A stretch of 64,000 nt of DNA from Christensenellaceae bacterium (GTDB lineage: Bacteria; Bacillota; Clostridia; Christensenellales; Borkfalkiaceae): the NCBI GenBank assembly GCA_045645865.1, contig JAZRJP010000019.1, positions 9,651 through 73,650 of the forward strand, written 5' to 3'. Numbering within the stretch: position 1 is the first letter of the stretch; every line of letters starts with the position of its first letter. Below, piece by piece: positions 28,272 to 38,142 of this stretch. The position numbers and the translations under genes are program-made. A model generated the notes under the pieces. The model saw only the letters and a program-made list of their open reading frames with translations. It was not told the DNA's origin and did no database searches.

Positions 28272-29387
28272 TTATTGATTTATGCTATTATACAACCTTT
28301 TAAACAACGGATTTTCAACGGCATTTAAACCATAGCAAACATTTGTTGTTTGCTCTAACCCTTGATTGATTAATATATTAGCCCAATCTAATTCATTGTT
28401 AACAATTCTTAAAACGGCGTGTGCCCTTAATGCGTATAAATTATTGTCGTATTCAACGATATTTTCGATATATTCTTTGTTGTTGTTTAAAAATATTTTA
28501 TCGTTATTTAAATATGCAACGAAATAAAGTTCGCACATTATCGTATCAAAAACAACGTCTTTAAGTTTATTGATATCGCTTATTTTTAAAATTTCTTTTA
28601 AGGCGTATTCTTCGTTTACCGATATTAATGAAAGGTAACGATAGTAAATAATCAAGGTTGAATAAAAAGAATAATCTTCGTTATAAACGCTTAAATATTT
28701 GTGGTCGATTTGCGTAGGATTAACTCCGTTATAAAGCAAGCAACCTATGTATAAAGCGTTTGACGATATTATTCTTTTATTTTTATTTGCAAATAACAAG
28801 CGTCCTAATTGACGGCCGTCGCAAGTTTCTTCGCCAAAAATATTAGTAAGCAAAACATAAATAGCCACAACGATTGAACCTGCATTAAATACTTTTATTA
28901 CGGCTACCACATACTCTATTCCATACGATAATTCGAACGAAGGAGAAAATACTTTATAAGCATAAATAGATTTAATAAGCAAACATATTGTTGCAAGTAA
29001 ACCACCTAAAATTGAAAATGCTACTTTTGATGAAATATTCTTATATTTTTTAGGAATAAAGACAGTTTCGCCTAAATTATTGGCTTTTTCAAGTTTAATA
29101 TTAAAACCTTTTTCAAAATTAAATTTAAAAAATAGTATTTTTACTGAAATCAATTTTAATCCTGCAATTAAACCGAATATTGTATGCCCAATTTCGTGTA
29201 ATATAGAATTTTTAATAATAGCGTCTATTATACCCGCTAACATTACAAATACAAACAAATAGAAAAAAGGTCTTATTCCAAGTGGCATTATAAGTATAGC
29301 CGATTTATACGTCAATAAAACGTATATTACAATAGATAACAATAAGAATATTAAGTTTCTAATTTTTTTAAATTTTTTACTTTTCAT
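28272..29387 (-). CDS. Polytopic membrane protein with an HExxH motif (putative M50/site-2-like metalloprotease)
   Basis: 371 aa with HEIGH inside a hydrophobic segment (LHEIGHTIFGLIAGL) and several TM helices. The C-terminal soluble domain is of unknown family. Confidence 0.5.
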   Translation of the reverse strand: MKSKKFKKIRNLIFLLLSIVIYVLLTYKSAILIMPLGIRPFFYLFVFVMLAGIIDAIIKNSILHEIGHTIFGLIAGLKLISVKILFFKFNFEKGFNIKLEKANNLGETVFIPKKYKNISSKVAFSILGGLLATICLLIKSIYAYKVFSPSFELSYGIEYVVAVIKVFNAGSIVVAIYVLLTNIFGEETCDGRQLGRLLFANKNKRIISSNALYIGCLLYNGVNPTQIDHKYLSVYNEDYSFYSTLIIYYRYLSLISVNEEYALKEILKISDINKLKDVVFDTIMCELYFVAYLNNDKIFLNNNKEYIENIVEYDNNLYALRAHAVLRIVNNELDWANILINQGLEQTTNVCYGLNAVENPLFKRLYNSINQ

Positions 29388-29394
29388 AATTCCC

Positions 29395-30267
29395 CTAAAT
29401 TGTTAAATAATAACCTTCTAAATTATCACTTTCACTAACGGTAACGCCCGTTATGTTAGCATATCTTAATATTTCTAAAAAGATAGACGCACCACCACGG
29501 ATAATTTCTGCTCTTGTTTTAGAAACGCAATATTCTTCACATATTTCACTATCGGTAAGCGTATATAAACGGTCAACTATTTTTTCCAACTCGTCAACAC
29601 TTATATATAAGCCGTGAGTTTTAGTCATATCGTATTCTTTTAACCCTAAAACGACGCTTGCAAGAGCCGTAGCAGTTCCACCTATAACTTTATACTCTCC
29701 TTTACAAATTTCGCCATATTCTTTAATTTTTGACTTTAAGTAATTTTCAATTAAATTCTTATCTCGACCAAATTTATCAAAAATACGAACTGCACCTATA
29801 TCTAAACTTCGTTTATATATTATTTTGCCGTCATTAGCGTAAACAACTTCGGTAGATGCTCCACCTACATCGATAATTCCACCCGTAGCGTTAAGTCCTA
29901 ACGCACCTATTAAGCCTATTTCGGCTTCCCTTTCGCCTGAAATTACGTCAACTTCAATATTCGTTGTTTTTTTAATTGTATCGGTTAAAACCTTTCCGTT
30001 TACAGCACTTCTCACTGCTTCCGTTGCAAAGATATAAACGTTGTCTATATCACGCTCCAAAGCCCTTTTATAAAGAATAAGAACGGCGTTTGCCGTTCTT
30101 TCAATCGCAAGTTTAGTTAAACCATTTAAAGTAGTTAAACCTTGACCTAACCTTGTAGTAATTAATTCTTTATAGGGTGTAAGCCCGTCTTTATACATTA
30201 TTCTTACGGAATTGCTACCTATATCTATTACTGCACTTTTCATACTATTTTTCAACAGGGTATTCAA
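29395..30267 (-). CDS. Ppx/GppA family phosphatase (actin-like ATPase fold)
   Basis: 290 aa with IDIGSNSVR, DVGGASTE and GGTATALA motifs. Confidence 0.8.
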   Translation of the reverse strand: MNTLLKNSMKSAVIDIGSNSVRIMYKDGLTPYKELITTRLGQGLTTLNGLTKLAIERTANAVLILYKRALERDIDNVYIFATEAVRSAVNGKVLTDTIKKTTNIEVDVISGEREAEIGLIGALGLNATGGIIDVGGASTEVVYANDGKIIYKRSLDIGAVRIFDKFGRDKNLIENYLKSKIKEYGEICKGEYKVIGGTATALASVVLGLKEYDMTKTHGLYISVDELEKIVDRLYTLTDSEICEEYCVSKTRAEIIRGGASIFLEILRYANITGVTVSESDNLEGYYLTI

Positions 30268-30508
30268 GCCCTAATTCCCTTGCCCTTTCTTCAATCTTCC
30301 ATTTTAAAGACCAAGAATCAATTTCATCGTTAGTATTTTCTAACTGCGTTTGCAAATAGACGATTTCGTTGTTTAATTGCATTATTTTGTTTTTTCTTTT
30401 TATGATGCCTGATATTTGATATACTGTTATTGTTATTAATATAACAAGTAACATTACTATTCCGCTTGTTACGGCAGACACCACTCTTTTTTTCTTTTCT
30501 TCTTGCAT
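30245..30508 (-). CDS. Septum formation initiator (FtsB/DivIC family)
   Basis: 87 aa with an N-terminal TM helix and a coiled coil (LNNEIVYLQTQLENTNDEI). It occupies the position after yabP-yabQ, as in Bacillus. Confidence 0.7.
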   Translation of the reverse strand: MQEEKKKRVVSAVTSGIVMLLVILITITVYQISGIIKRKNKIMQLNNEIVYLQTQLENTNDEIDSWSLKWKIEERARELGLEYPVEK

Positions 30509-30839
30509 TTTTAACCTTAATTAATACTTTATTAATTACATTATACACTTTTATGTGCGTTTTTGCAATGATTTTATGAAAACTTTTCATATATAAAAAT
30601 GCTCCAACAAAGCAAAGTAATGCCATATACAACCTAAAATTACCTAAATTGCTTATAGTTGAAACGAAAGTGAATAAAAACGCTGTTAAACAAAAATATA
30701 TTAAGTCTTTAAAAAAGTTTAATATTTTATTGTTAAAATAGCCGGTAAACAAATATATAAAATCATAAATTAACCCTGAAACAATGCCTATTCCTAAACA
30801 AATAACTATAATTCGTGGTTGCGATAAAGTTAAAAACAT
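30330..30839 (-). CDS. yabQ: Spore cortex biosynthesis protein YabQ-like membrane protein (3' end uncertain)
   Basis: The hydrophobic N-terminal ~100 aa are YabQ-like, and the ATG overlaps the yabP stop (TAATG). The last ~60 codons are basic and low-complexity and overlap the ftsB-like ORF out of frame. Confidence 0.55.
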   Translation of the reverse strand: MFLTLSQPRIIVICLGIGIVSGLIYDFIYLFTGYFNNKILNFFKDLIYFCLTAFLFTFVSTISNLGNFRLYMALLCFVGAFLYMKSFHKIIAKTHIKVYNVINKVLIKVKNARRKEKKSGVCRNKRNSNVTCYINNNNSISNIRHHKKKKQNNAIKQRNRLFANAVRKY

Positions 30840-31096
30840 TATTTTAAAACCTTTTTAAAGAAATTTTCTTCTTTACCTTTATAAGCAACGTTACTTATTA
30901 AACCTTTCATTTTAAAATTCCCACTTTGATTATCAAAGCCTATTATTTTTAAATTTTCTCCCGTAATTTTTATAATAGTTGCGTTAAAAAGTTTAATTTT
31001 AATTTCCTTTTCTGTAAAAGATAACACTTCTAAAACTGACGTTATTAAAACGTCGCTTCTATTTTCAACTATTACTTTATAATTATTATTTTCCAT
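30839..31096 (-). CDS. yabP: Sporulation protein YabP
   Basis: 85 aa in which VENRSDVLITSVLEVLSFTEKEIKIKL...ITGENLKI matches the YabP/YqfC pattern. It sits in the yabP-yabQ-divIC context. Confidence 0.75.
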   Translation of the reverse strand: MENNNYKVIVENRSDVLITSVLEVLSFTEKEIKIKLFNATIIKITGENLKIIGFDNQSGNFKMKGLISNVAYKGKEENFFKKVLK

Positions 31097-31148
31097 ACAA
31101 AAAACCCCTCATATATAAATATGAAGGGTTTATATTTTTTATGTTTTA

Positions 31149-32285
31149 TTAATCTTCAAGACGCATATCACCTAATTTAATTAAGCCTTTTTTACGCATT
31201 AATTCGCTTACTAATAAACTTACTCCTGCCGGAATTACAAATAAGCATAAAACAATGCCTAAAACTATCATAAACGGCTCTAAAACACCACTTGATGCAT
31301 TTATTACACCAAATACGCCTACAAGACCACTTGTTCCCATACCACCGCCCGATGCGTCGCACCTTAAATTAAGTAATACGGCAACTAAACCTGCTACGGC
31401 ACTTGAAATAATTTCAGGCACCATTATAATAGGCTTTTTCATAATGTTAGGAATTTGTAACATACTTGTTCCTATACCTTGCGATATAAGTCCACCAAAA
31501 CCATTTTCTTTAAATGACGTTACGGCAAAACCTACCATATGTGCTGCACAACCTGCAACGGCTGCTCCACCTGCTATTGCGAAAACTTCAGGATTTGCGT
31601 TTGCTGTATTTGACGTTGCGATTGCAAGCCATATTGCCGCAGACGACGTTGGCATTGTCAATAAAATACCCATTACTACTGCTATAACTACGCCTGTAAT
31701 AATTTTTACTGCCGAACCTGCATTAATTAAAATTACTAATAATTCAGCAAAAAGGTCGATAAGTTTAATGAACGGCCAAGCGATATACACGCCAACTAAC
31801 GCTAAAAGAATGGCTCCAAGCGGAATTAAAACTATATCTAATTTAGTTTTGCCTGCATAAAGAGAACAAATTTCAACCGTCAAAAGAGATAAAACGTATG
31901 CTCCGATAGGGTTGCCCGGCTTACCTTTTAAGAATACGCCTTGGAAAAAATCTGCTGATAACGCACCATTAGTGATTTCTAATGCGTACGCTCCTATTAA
32001 ACCTGTAACGGCAGCAGAAAAAATAACAAGTGGTTTTGCGTTTAATTTATACGCTATACCTACGCCTATGCCTGCACCCATTAAGATTTTAGCAAGCGTT
32101 GCGAAAACGTTAAGCATATAACCTACTTGATTTTCTGTACCTACCCATTTTGCTATAAGAGCAATAATCGTACCTGCTATTAACGTACAAAACAAACCTT
32201 GTGCCATACCTGAAAAAGCAGTTATGAACCAACGATTTGATAAGTTTTTTATAGTTTCTTTAATATTGCATTTGTTTTTAGCCAT
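31149..32285 (-). CDS. Polytopic membrane protein, PTS EIIC_2-like family
   Basis: 378 aa, Gly/Ala-rich with ~10 TM helices. The N-terminus WFITAFSGMAQGLFCTLIAGTI resembles the stand-alone PTS EIIC_2 family as I remember it. This is not verified. Confidence 0.45.
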   Translation of the reverse strand: MAKNKCNIKETIKNLSNRWFITAFSGMAQGLFCTLIAGTIIALIAKWVGTENQVGYMLNVFATLAKILMGAGIGVGIAYKLNAKPLVIFSAAVTGLIGAYALEITNGALSADFFQGVFLKGKPGNPIGAYVLSLLTVEICSLYAGKTKLDIVLIPLGAILLALVGVYIAWPFIKLIDLFAELLVILINAGSAVKIITGVVIAVVMGILLTMPTSSAAIWLAIATSNTANANPEVFAIAGGAAVAGCAAHMVGFAVTSFKENGFGGLISQGIGTSMLQIPNIMKKPIIMVPEIISSAVAGLVAVLLNLRCDASGGGMGTSGLVGVFGVINASSGVLEPFMIVLGIVLCLFVIPAGVSLLVSELMRKKGLIKLGDMRLED

Positions 32286-32286
32286 T

Positions 32287-32982
32287 TTAGTAAACCTCGA
32301 TTAATAGATTTTTAGTTTGGTCACACGAAGTTAAATAATATTCAACCCCGTTTTTAGAAATTTTAGGATAAGTCTTTACGTCTTTGCCATGCAAATGACC
32401 ATATACTACCTTGTCCACTTTATATTCTTCAAATAAAGTTGTGAAAAGAGAATTTTCTAAACGAATATTAAATGGAGGATAGTGTATTAAACATACTAAT
32501 TTATCGCCGTCCGAAATAAGATTTTGAGCACTTTTTAACGCCAACTTAAACCTTTCTGCTTCTCTACGATAAATTTTTAAATCTTGCGAAGTAAAATCGT
32601 TAGCACCTTCTACCGTCCAACCTCTTGAACCGCAAAATACGTAGTTGCCTATTTTTATACTATCGTTTTGCAAAGCGTAAACGTTTTTAGGCAGACTATT
32701 TCTAACCTTGTTTATACCTTGCCACCAATAGTCGTGATTACCTTTTATTAAAATTTTTTTACCTTTTAATTTTGCTATAAATTGCAAGTCGTTAACGGCA
32801 TCTTCAAGTTTCATAGCCCAACTTATATCGCCTGAGATTAAAACGACGTCGTCGTCAGTTACTTTTGATTGCCAATCTTTTTCAATCTTTTCTAAATAAC
32901 CGTCCCATTTTTCGCCGAAAATGTCCATAGGCTTTTCGCCAGATAACGATAAATGCAAATCGCTTATTGCATATACTTTCAT
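32287..32982 (-). CDS. Metallophosphoesterase
   Basis: Calcineurin-like motifs ISDLHL, GDISW, GNHDYW and GHLH. Confidence 0.8.
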   Translation of the reverse strand: MKVYAISDLHLSLSGEKPMDIFGEKWDGYLEKIEKDWQSKVTDDDVVLISGDISWAMKLEDAVNDLQFIAKLKGKKILIKGNHDYWWQGINKVRNSLPKNVYALQNDSIKIGNYVFCGSRGWTVEGANDFTSQDLKIYRREAERFKLALKSAQNLISDGDKLVCLIHYPPFNIRLENSLFTTLFEEYKVDKVVYGHLHGKDVKTYPKISKNGVEYYLTSCDQTKNLLIEVY

Positions 32983-33073
32983 AATGCTATTTTACATAAA
33001 TTTAAAATAAAAATCAAGTATATGAGGCATAAATAAAAGGCTAAACTCACGTTTAGCCTTAATTTTTAACCTA

Positions 33074-33715
33074 TTAACCCAAATTTTGTGGGAATAACGG
33101 CAATTCAAAAAATCCAGCGCAAATTTCTTGCGTGTATTCTTGACACGTAGGGATTTGACAATATCCGTACGATGGTATTAAAAGTTCAACCATCATTACG
33201 ATTTTTAAAATAGACGTTGTGCAAGCAGTAACCGTAAAGGTATTTTCACTTGTATAAGTGCCTTCACTTGCTACTACTGATACGACTGCTTCTACTTCGT
33301 AAGGCATAATTGACGGAGACGGAGCAAACAATATAATGTCTTGTGAGAAAGACATTGTGCTACTACCTTTACCTTGAACGCCGTTAGCATCTTGGTAAAT
33401 AACTTCGACAGGAATAGAATAACTTACTTGCACTCTACTTAAATTAGGTCTGTCGGCAAGTGGTTCTACGTTAAGTGAAGTAATTGTAGCAAGTGTTTGC
33501 GTACTTTTAGCACTAATAAACGTAAGCGGATATGTAGGATTTTGTGGTACTAAATTTGTTAAAGTCAATACAACTCCTTGTTCTTGTGATTGTTTTAAAC
33601 AAGCGTCGAAAACTTTTTTAACTTGAATACAAACTTTTTCACACAAGCCGTTTAGCGGATTGCCTGAAATTTGACAAGGACATTTGTCTTGACTAAAATT
33701 TGAGAAAAATGACAT
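33074..33715 (-). CDS. Hypothetical Cys-rich protein, possibly spore coat/exosporium-associated (CotY/ExsY-like pattern)
   Basis: 213 aa with an N-terminal CPC...C..VCIQVKKVFDAC and a C-terminal C...C..C cluster around a beta-rich core. The resemblance to CotY/CotZ/ExsY is from memory only. Confidence 0.3.
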   Translation of the reverse strand: MSFFSNFSQDKCPCQISGNPLNGLCEKVCIQVKKVFDACLKQSQEQGVVLTLTNLVPQNPTYPLTFISAKSTQTLATITSLNVEPLADRPNLSRVQVSYSIPVEVIYQDANGVQGKGSSTMSFSQDIILFAPSPSIMPYEVEAVVSVVASEGTYTSENTFTVTACTTSILKIVMMVELLIPSYGYCQIPTCQEYTQEICAGFFELPLFPQNLG

Positions 33716-33776
33716 TTTAACCTCCTTTAACCATTCATTTTAATATATGATAGTTATAAGGATTTTGATACTAATT

Positions 33777-34613
33777 TTATAAAATGCCTTTTTCTATTAA
33801 TTTATTTGATAAATTTACGAACGTTTCTGGCGATAAATCTTCACCCCTAACGTTTGCATTTAAGTTAAGTTCAGTTAAAATATTTTCACAAAATTCTCTT
33901 GAAATATTGTAACCTTTAATTAAGTTGTTTACAAGGGTTTTTCTTCTCATTAAAAAACTTATTTTTACAAGTTTTCTAAAAGCGTTTATATCTTTGATAT
34001 AAAATTTAGATTTATTTAATACGATTTTGCACACTGCCGAATCAACGTTTGGTGCAGGATAAAACATACTTCTATCAATATATTTTATAATTTGAGTATC
34101 ACAAATTGCGTTGATTGTTACGGTAATAGCACCATAATCACTTGTGCTATGTTTTGCACATATTCTTTCGGCAACCTCTTTTTGAACGGTTACGATAACG
34201 GCGTCAACGTTTTCGCCTTCTTCAATAAATTTCATTAAAATAGGTGTAGTTATATAATATGGCAAGTTGGCAATAACACTATAATTACCACCAATTTTTT
34301 CTTCAATTTCACTTGTTTTTATCTTCATAATATCGTTAAAAATAATTTCAACGTTATTATAATCTTTTAACGTTTCTTCTAAAACGGGTTTTAGTTTTGT
34401 GTCAACTTCAAAACCGTAAACTTTTTTAACTTTTTTTGCAATTTCACCCGTTAACGTGCCTGCTCCCACCCCTATTTCAACTACGGTAGAGTTTTTATCA
34501 ACACCCGATTTATCTACTATTGAAGCAAGTAAATTTGTGTCGGTTAAAAAGTTTTGACCATACCTTTTTTCAAAAGTGAAATTCTTTTGTTTTAAAATTT
34601 CTTTTATATTCAT
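33777..34613 (-). CDS. rsmA: 16S rRNA (adenine1518/1519-N6)-dimethyltransferase
   Basis: 278 aa with QNFL, the SAM motif VVEIGVGAGTLT and NLPYYITTPI. Confidence 0.9.
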   Translation of the reverse strand: MNIKEILKQKNFTFEKRYGQNFLTDTNLLASIVDKSGVDKNSTVVEIGVGAGTLTGEIAKKVKKVYGFEVDTKLKPVLEETLKDYNNVEIIFNDIMKIKTSEIEEKIGGNYSVIANLPYYITTPILMKFIEEGENVDAVIVTVQKEVAERICAKHSTSDYGAITVTINAICDTQIIKYIDRSMFYPAPNVDSAVCKIVLNKSKFYIKDINAFRKLVKISFLMRRKTLVNNLIKGYNISREFCENILTELNLNANVRGEDLSPETFVNLSNKLIEKGIL

Positions 34614-34731
34614 AAAAAACCTATAATAATTATTTTTTAGATTATACTATTAGGGGTAACAGCGTGAAAAATTTTCATTGTCTTACCATTACGCCAAAGA
34701 TAAAGCCGACTTTAAGTCGGCCTTACATAAT

Positions 34732-35508
34732 TTAATTATATTTTGTAAATAGCCTTTTAAAATTTTGTTCAACGTTACAAGCAAGCGTATTTATATCAAC
34801 GCTTTTTACCTTGGCTATTTGTTCATACACGTATTTTACGTTGCAAGGCTCGTTTACTTTACCCCTATGTGGCTCTGGCGTCATATAAGGACAATCAGTT
34901 TCACACATTATTCTGTCAAGCGGGATATACTCGATAACGTCGTGCTTTTTATAGTTTTTAAAAGTTGACGCTCCACCAAAAGCAAAATATCCGCCTAAAT
35001 CTAATAAAATTTTAGTAATTTCTTTACTTTCGCCGTAGCAGTGCATTAAAAATTTGCCTTTTAAACTATTTTTATATGACGTTAATATATCAACCGTGTC
35101 TTTCGTGGCACTTCTTGTATGAACGACGATAGGTAAATTTACTTTTATTGCATATTCAATTAGCCTTTCAAACGCTTTGATTTGAACGTCCTTATCAAAC
35201 GGTTTATAGTAGTAATCTAACCCTATTTCGCCTACGGCTAAGCACTTTTTATCGTTTGAAAATTTATCGATATAATCAATAAAACTTTCGTCAACCTCAT
35301 AAGCCGTTGCAGGATGACAACCTATTGTAAAATAAACTTCGCTAAATTGTTTTGACCTTTCGTAAACTTGTTTAGTAGTTAATTTTGAGCAAGCAACGTT
35401 TAAAAGTGTATTTACCCCGTCTTTTAAATAATTTTTTCTAACAACGTTAATATTATCGCTATAAATAGGGTCTTCTAAATGAACGTGCGTGTCTATTAAA
35501 TTTAGCAT
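34732..35508 (-). CDS. TatD family metal-dependent hydrolase
   Basis: 258 aa with IDTHVHL, GEIGLDYY, HTR and ETDCPY motifs. It overlaps the metG stop, as in the Bacillus metS-yabD pair. Confidence 0.88.
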   Translation of the reverse strand: MLNLIDTHVHLEDPIYSDNINVVRKNYLKDGVNTLLNVACSKLTTKQVYERSKQFSEVYFTIGCHPATAYEVDESFIDYIDKFSNDKKCLAVGEIGLDYYYKPFDKDVQIKAFERLIEYAIKVNLPIVVHTRSATKDTVDILTSYKNSLKGKFLMHCYGESKEITKILLDLGGYFAFGGASTFKNYKKHDVIEYIPLDRIMCETDCPYMTPEPHRGKVNEPCNVKYVYEQIAKVKSVDINTLACNVEQNFKRLFTKYN

Positions 35509-37475
35509 ACGATTGAGCCTTCCGGCATATCAACTTCTGGCGAAACTAAAACAACTTTTCCGTCTTTTTCAGCACAAAGCACCATACCTTGACTTACAAT
35601 ACCACAAAGTTTTGCAGGCTTTAAGTTAGCAACTAAAATTACCTTTTTTCCTATTAATTCTTCCGGCTTATAGTAGTTAGCAATACCTGATGCAACAGTT
35701 CTTTCTTCATCGCCAAGTGAAAGCGTTAATTTTAAAAGTTTATTAGACTTTTCTACCTTTTCACAAGCAATAACTTTTGCTACTTTAAGTTGTGTTTTAA
35801 AAAATTCGTCAATAGAAATTTCTTCAATTTTTTCTTCCATTTTTTCACTAACCTTTTCTTCTTTTTTTACTTCTTTTTGACTTTCTTTTTGGCGTTTTAC
35901 CATCATTTTTTCAATTTCTTCAAGTTCTTTTTTAATATCTATTCTTGGAAAGATAGGTTGTGCTTTTTCAACGATAACACCACCCTTTAACACTCCAAAT
36001 ACAAGATTTTCAAAAGTATTTTCATTTTCTATACCAAAAAGCGATAAGATTTTATCAGTTGACTTTGTTAAGAAAGGTTTTAATGCAATTGCCGAAATTC
36101 TTATACATTCGCAAAGCATATACATTACTGTTGCAAGCCTATCTTTTTTAGTTTCGTCTTTCGATAATTTCCAAGGTTCGTTTTCGTCAATGTATTTATT
36201 TGCCCTTTGAATTAATTTGAAAATTTCACTAAGAGCACTTGGTACGTCTATTAACTCAACGTATTTTTTAACGTTAGTAAAAAGACTATTGCACATTGAG
36301 ATAACTTCGTTATCTAATTCGTTAAATTGGTTAGGACTTGGTAAAACTCCACCAAAATATTGATTTACCATTGCCGTTGTTCTTGAAACAAGGTTACCTA
36401 AGTCGTTAGATAAATCAACGTTGATACGCTTTAACAAACTTTCGTTAGTATATACGCCGTCATTACCAAATGGAATTTCTCTTAACAAGAAATATCTTAA
36501 CGCATCTGAACCATAGCGTTCAACTAATTCCTTAGGGTCGGTAATTTCCGTCTTAATATTTTCGCCTTTACTTTTTGAAAGTTTATCACCACCGATTAAA
36601 AGCCAACCGTGCCCGTAAACTTGCTTAGGTAATGGTAAATCAAGCGCCATTAACATTGCAGGCCATATAATTGTGTGAAACCTTACGATTTCTTTACCAA
36701 CCATATGTAAAGAAGCAGGCCAATATCTATCGTAAAGCGTTGTATCGTTACTACCATACCCTAATGCAGTAATATAGTTTGATAACGCATCAATCCAAAC
36801 GTAAACGGTATGGTTTTTATCAAACGTTACAGGAACACCCCATTTAATAGTCGTTCTTGAAACGCAAAGGTCTTGAAGCCCCGGTTTAATAAAGTTGTTA
36901 ACCATTTCGTTTACCCTTGATTTTGGTTGTAAAAATTCAGGGTTATCTTGATACAATTTTATAATTCTATCAGCATATTTTGAAAGCCTAAAAAAGTAAC
37001 TTTCTTCTTTACCTTTTTGAACTTCCCTACCACAATCGGGACATTTGCCGTCTTTAAGTTGAGATTCAGTCCAAAAAGATTCACAAGGAGTACAATACCA
37101 ACCTTCGTATTGAGATTTATAAATTTCGCCCTTATCGTAAAGTTGTTTAAAAATATGTTGTATCCCTTTAACGTGTTCTTCGTCAGTCGTCCTAATAAAC
37201 TTATCGTAAGAAATATCAAGTTTAGACCAAATATCTTTAATATCGTCAACTAACGGGTTGATAAATTCAATAGGCGTTAAGCCCTTTTCTTGTGCCTTTT
37301 TTTCAATTTTTTGACCGTGTTCGTCTGTGCCTGTTAAAAAGAAAACGTCTTTTTTAAGCATACGATTAAATCTTGCGATAGCATCGCAAACTACGGTTGT
37401 ATAACAATGACCTATATGCCAATTACCACTTGGATAATAGATTGGTGTTGTGATATAAAATTTATTATTGTCCAT
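35502..37475 (-). CDS. metG: Methionine--tRNA ligase with a C-terminal tRNA-binding domain
   Basis: 657 aa with the HIGH-type motif NWHIGHCYT and the KMSKS-type motif KLSKSKG, a CPDC zinc knuckle and a C-terminal EMAP/Trbp111-like domain (KVAKVIACEKV...). Confidence 0.95.
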   Translation of the reverse strand: MDNNKFYITTPIYYPSGNWHIGHCYTTVVCDAIARFNRMLKKDVFFLTGTDEHGQKIEKKAQEKGLTPIEFINPLVDDIKDIWSKLDISYDKFIRTTDEEHVKGIQHIFKQLYDKGEIYKSQYEGWYCTPCESFWTESQLKDGKCPDCGREVQKGKEESYFFRLSKYADRIIKLYQDNPEFLQPKSRVNEMVNNFIKPGLQDLCVSRTTIKWGVPVTFDKNHTVYVWIDALSNYITALGYGSNDTTLYDRYWPASLHMVGKEIVRFHTIIWPAMLMALDLPLPKQVYGHGWLLIGGDKLSKSKGENIKTEITDPKELVERYGSDALRYFLLREIPFGNDGVYTNESLLKRINVDLSNDLGNLVSRTTAMVNQYFGGVLPSPNQFNELDNEVISMCNSLFTNVKKYVELIDVPSALSEIFKLIQRANKYIDENEPWKLSKDETKKDRLATVMYMLCECIRISAIALKPFLTKSTDKILSLFGIENENTFENLVFGVLKGGVIVEKAQPIFPRIDIKKELEEIEKMMVKRQKESQKEVKKEEKVSEKMEEKIEEISIDEFFKTQLKVAKVIACEKVEKSNKLLKLTLSLGDEERTVASGIANYYKPEELIGKKVILVANLKPAKLCGIVSQGMVLCAEKDGKVVLVSPEVDMPEGSIVC

Positions 37476-37602
37476 AAAACCCCCACATTAAAGTAGATTT
37501 TTATATACTTAGTGATTATATATACGTTATTATATAACATTTAACAATTTTTGTAAACTTAAATTTACGAATAAAACGCTTGCTTTTTTCATAACTTTAA
37601 CT

Positions 37603-38142
37603 ATGAACGTCATATTTTCAACAATATTAATACTTTCTATCATAATTTTAATATTTTTTGACCCTAACGCATTACTTTTATGTTTTTCAAATGCTACAAG
37701 CAACGCATTTTCTCTTATAGTTAAACTTTTAGCAATTTACTTAATTTGGCTTGGTTTTAGTGAAATTTTATTAAAAAGCAAGGCGTCTAACAAAATATCT
37801 AATATTTTTTCTCCTTTAATTAAAAAACTTTTTTTGGTTAACGACGAAAAAACTATAAACGAACTTTCACTAAATTTAACGGCTTCACTTCTTGGAATTT
37901 CCGCACTCACTACTCCAACTGCTATTAACGCTATGGAATATTTAGACAAACAAAAAAACGAACACGCAAAAACAATGTTGTTCGTTATATCGGCAACGTC
38001 TATTCAAATACTTCCTATTACCGTTATGCAACTTATGGCTGAACACGGCTCTAAAAACCCTAATTTGATTTTTATTCCTACCCTTGTTACCACTATAATT
38101 TCTTCTACGATAGGAATTTTGCTCGTAAAGGTGTTTAAATGA
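37603..38142 (+). CDS. spmA: Spore maturation protein A (nucleoside-recognition domain membrane protein)
   Basis: 179 aa, hydrophobic, and paired with an overlapping spmB-like gene. The SpmA/SpmB two-gene arrangement is typical of spore formers. Confidence 0.65.
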   Translation: MNVIFSTILILSIIILIFFDPNALLLCFSNATSNAFSLIVKLLAIYLIWLGFSEILLKSKASNKISNIFSPLIKKLFLVNDEKTINELSLNLTASLLGISALTTPTAINAMEYLDKQKNEHAKTMLFVISATSIQILPITVMQLMAEHGSKNPNLIFIPTLVTTIISSTIGILLVKVFK

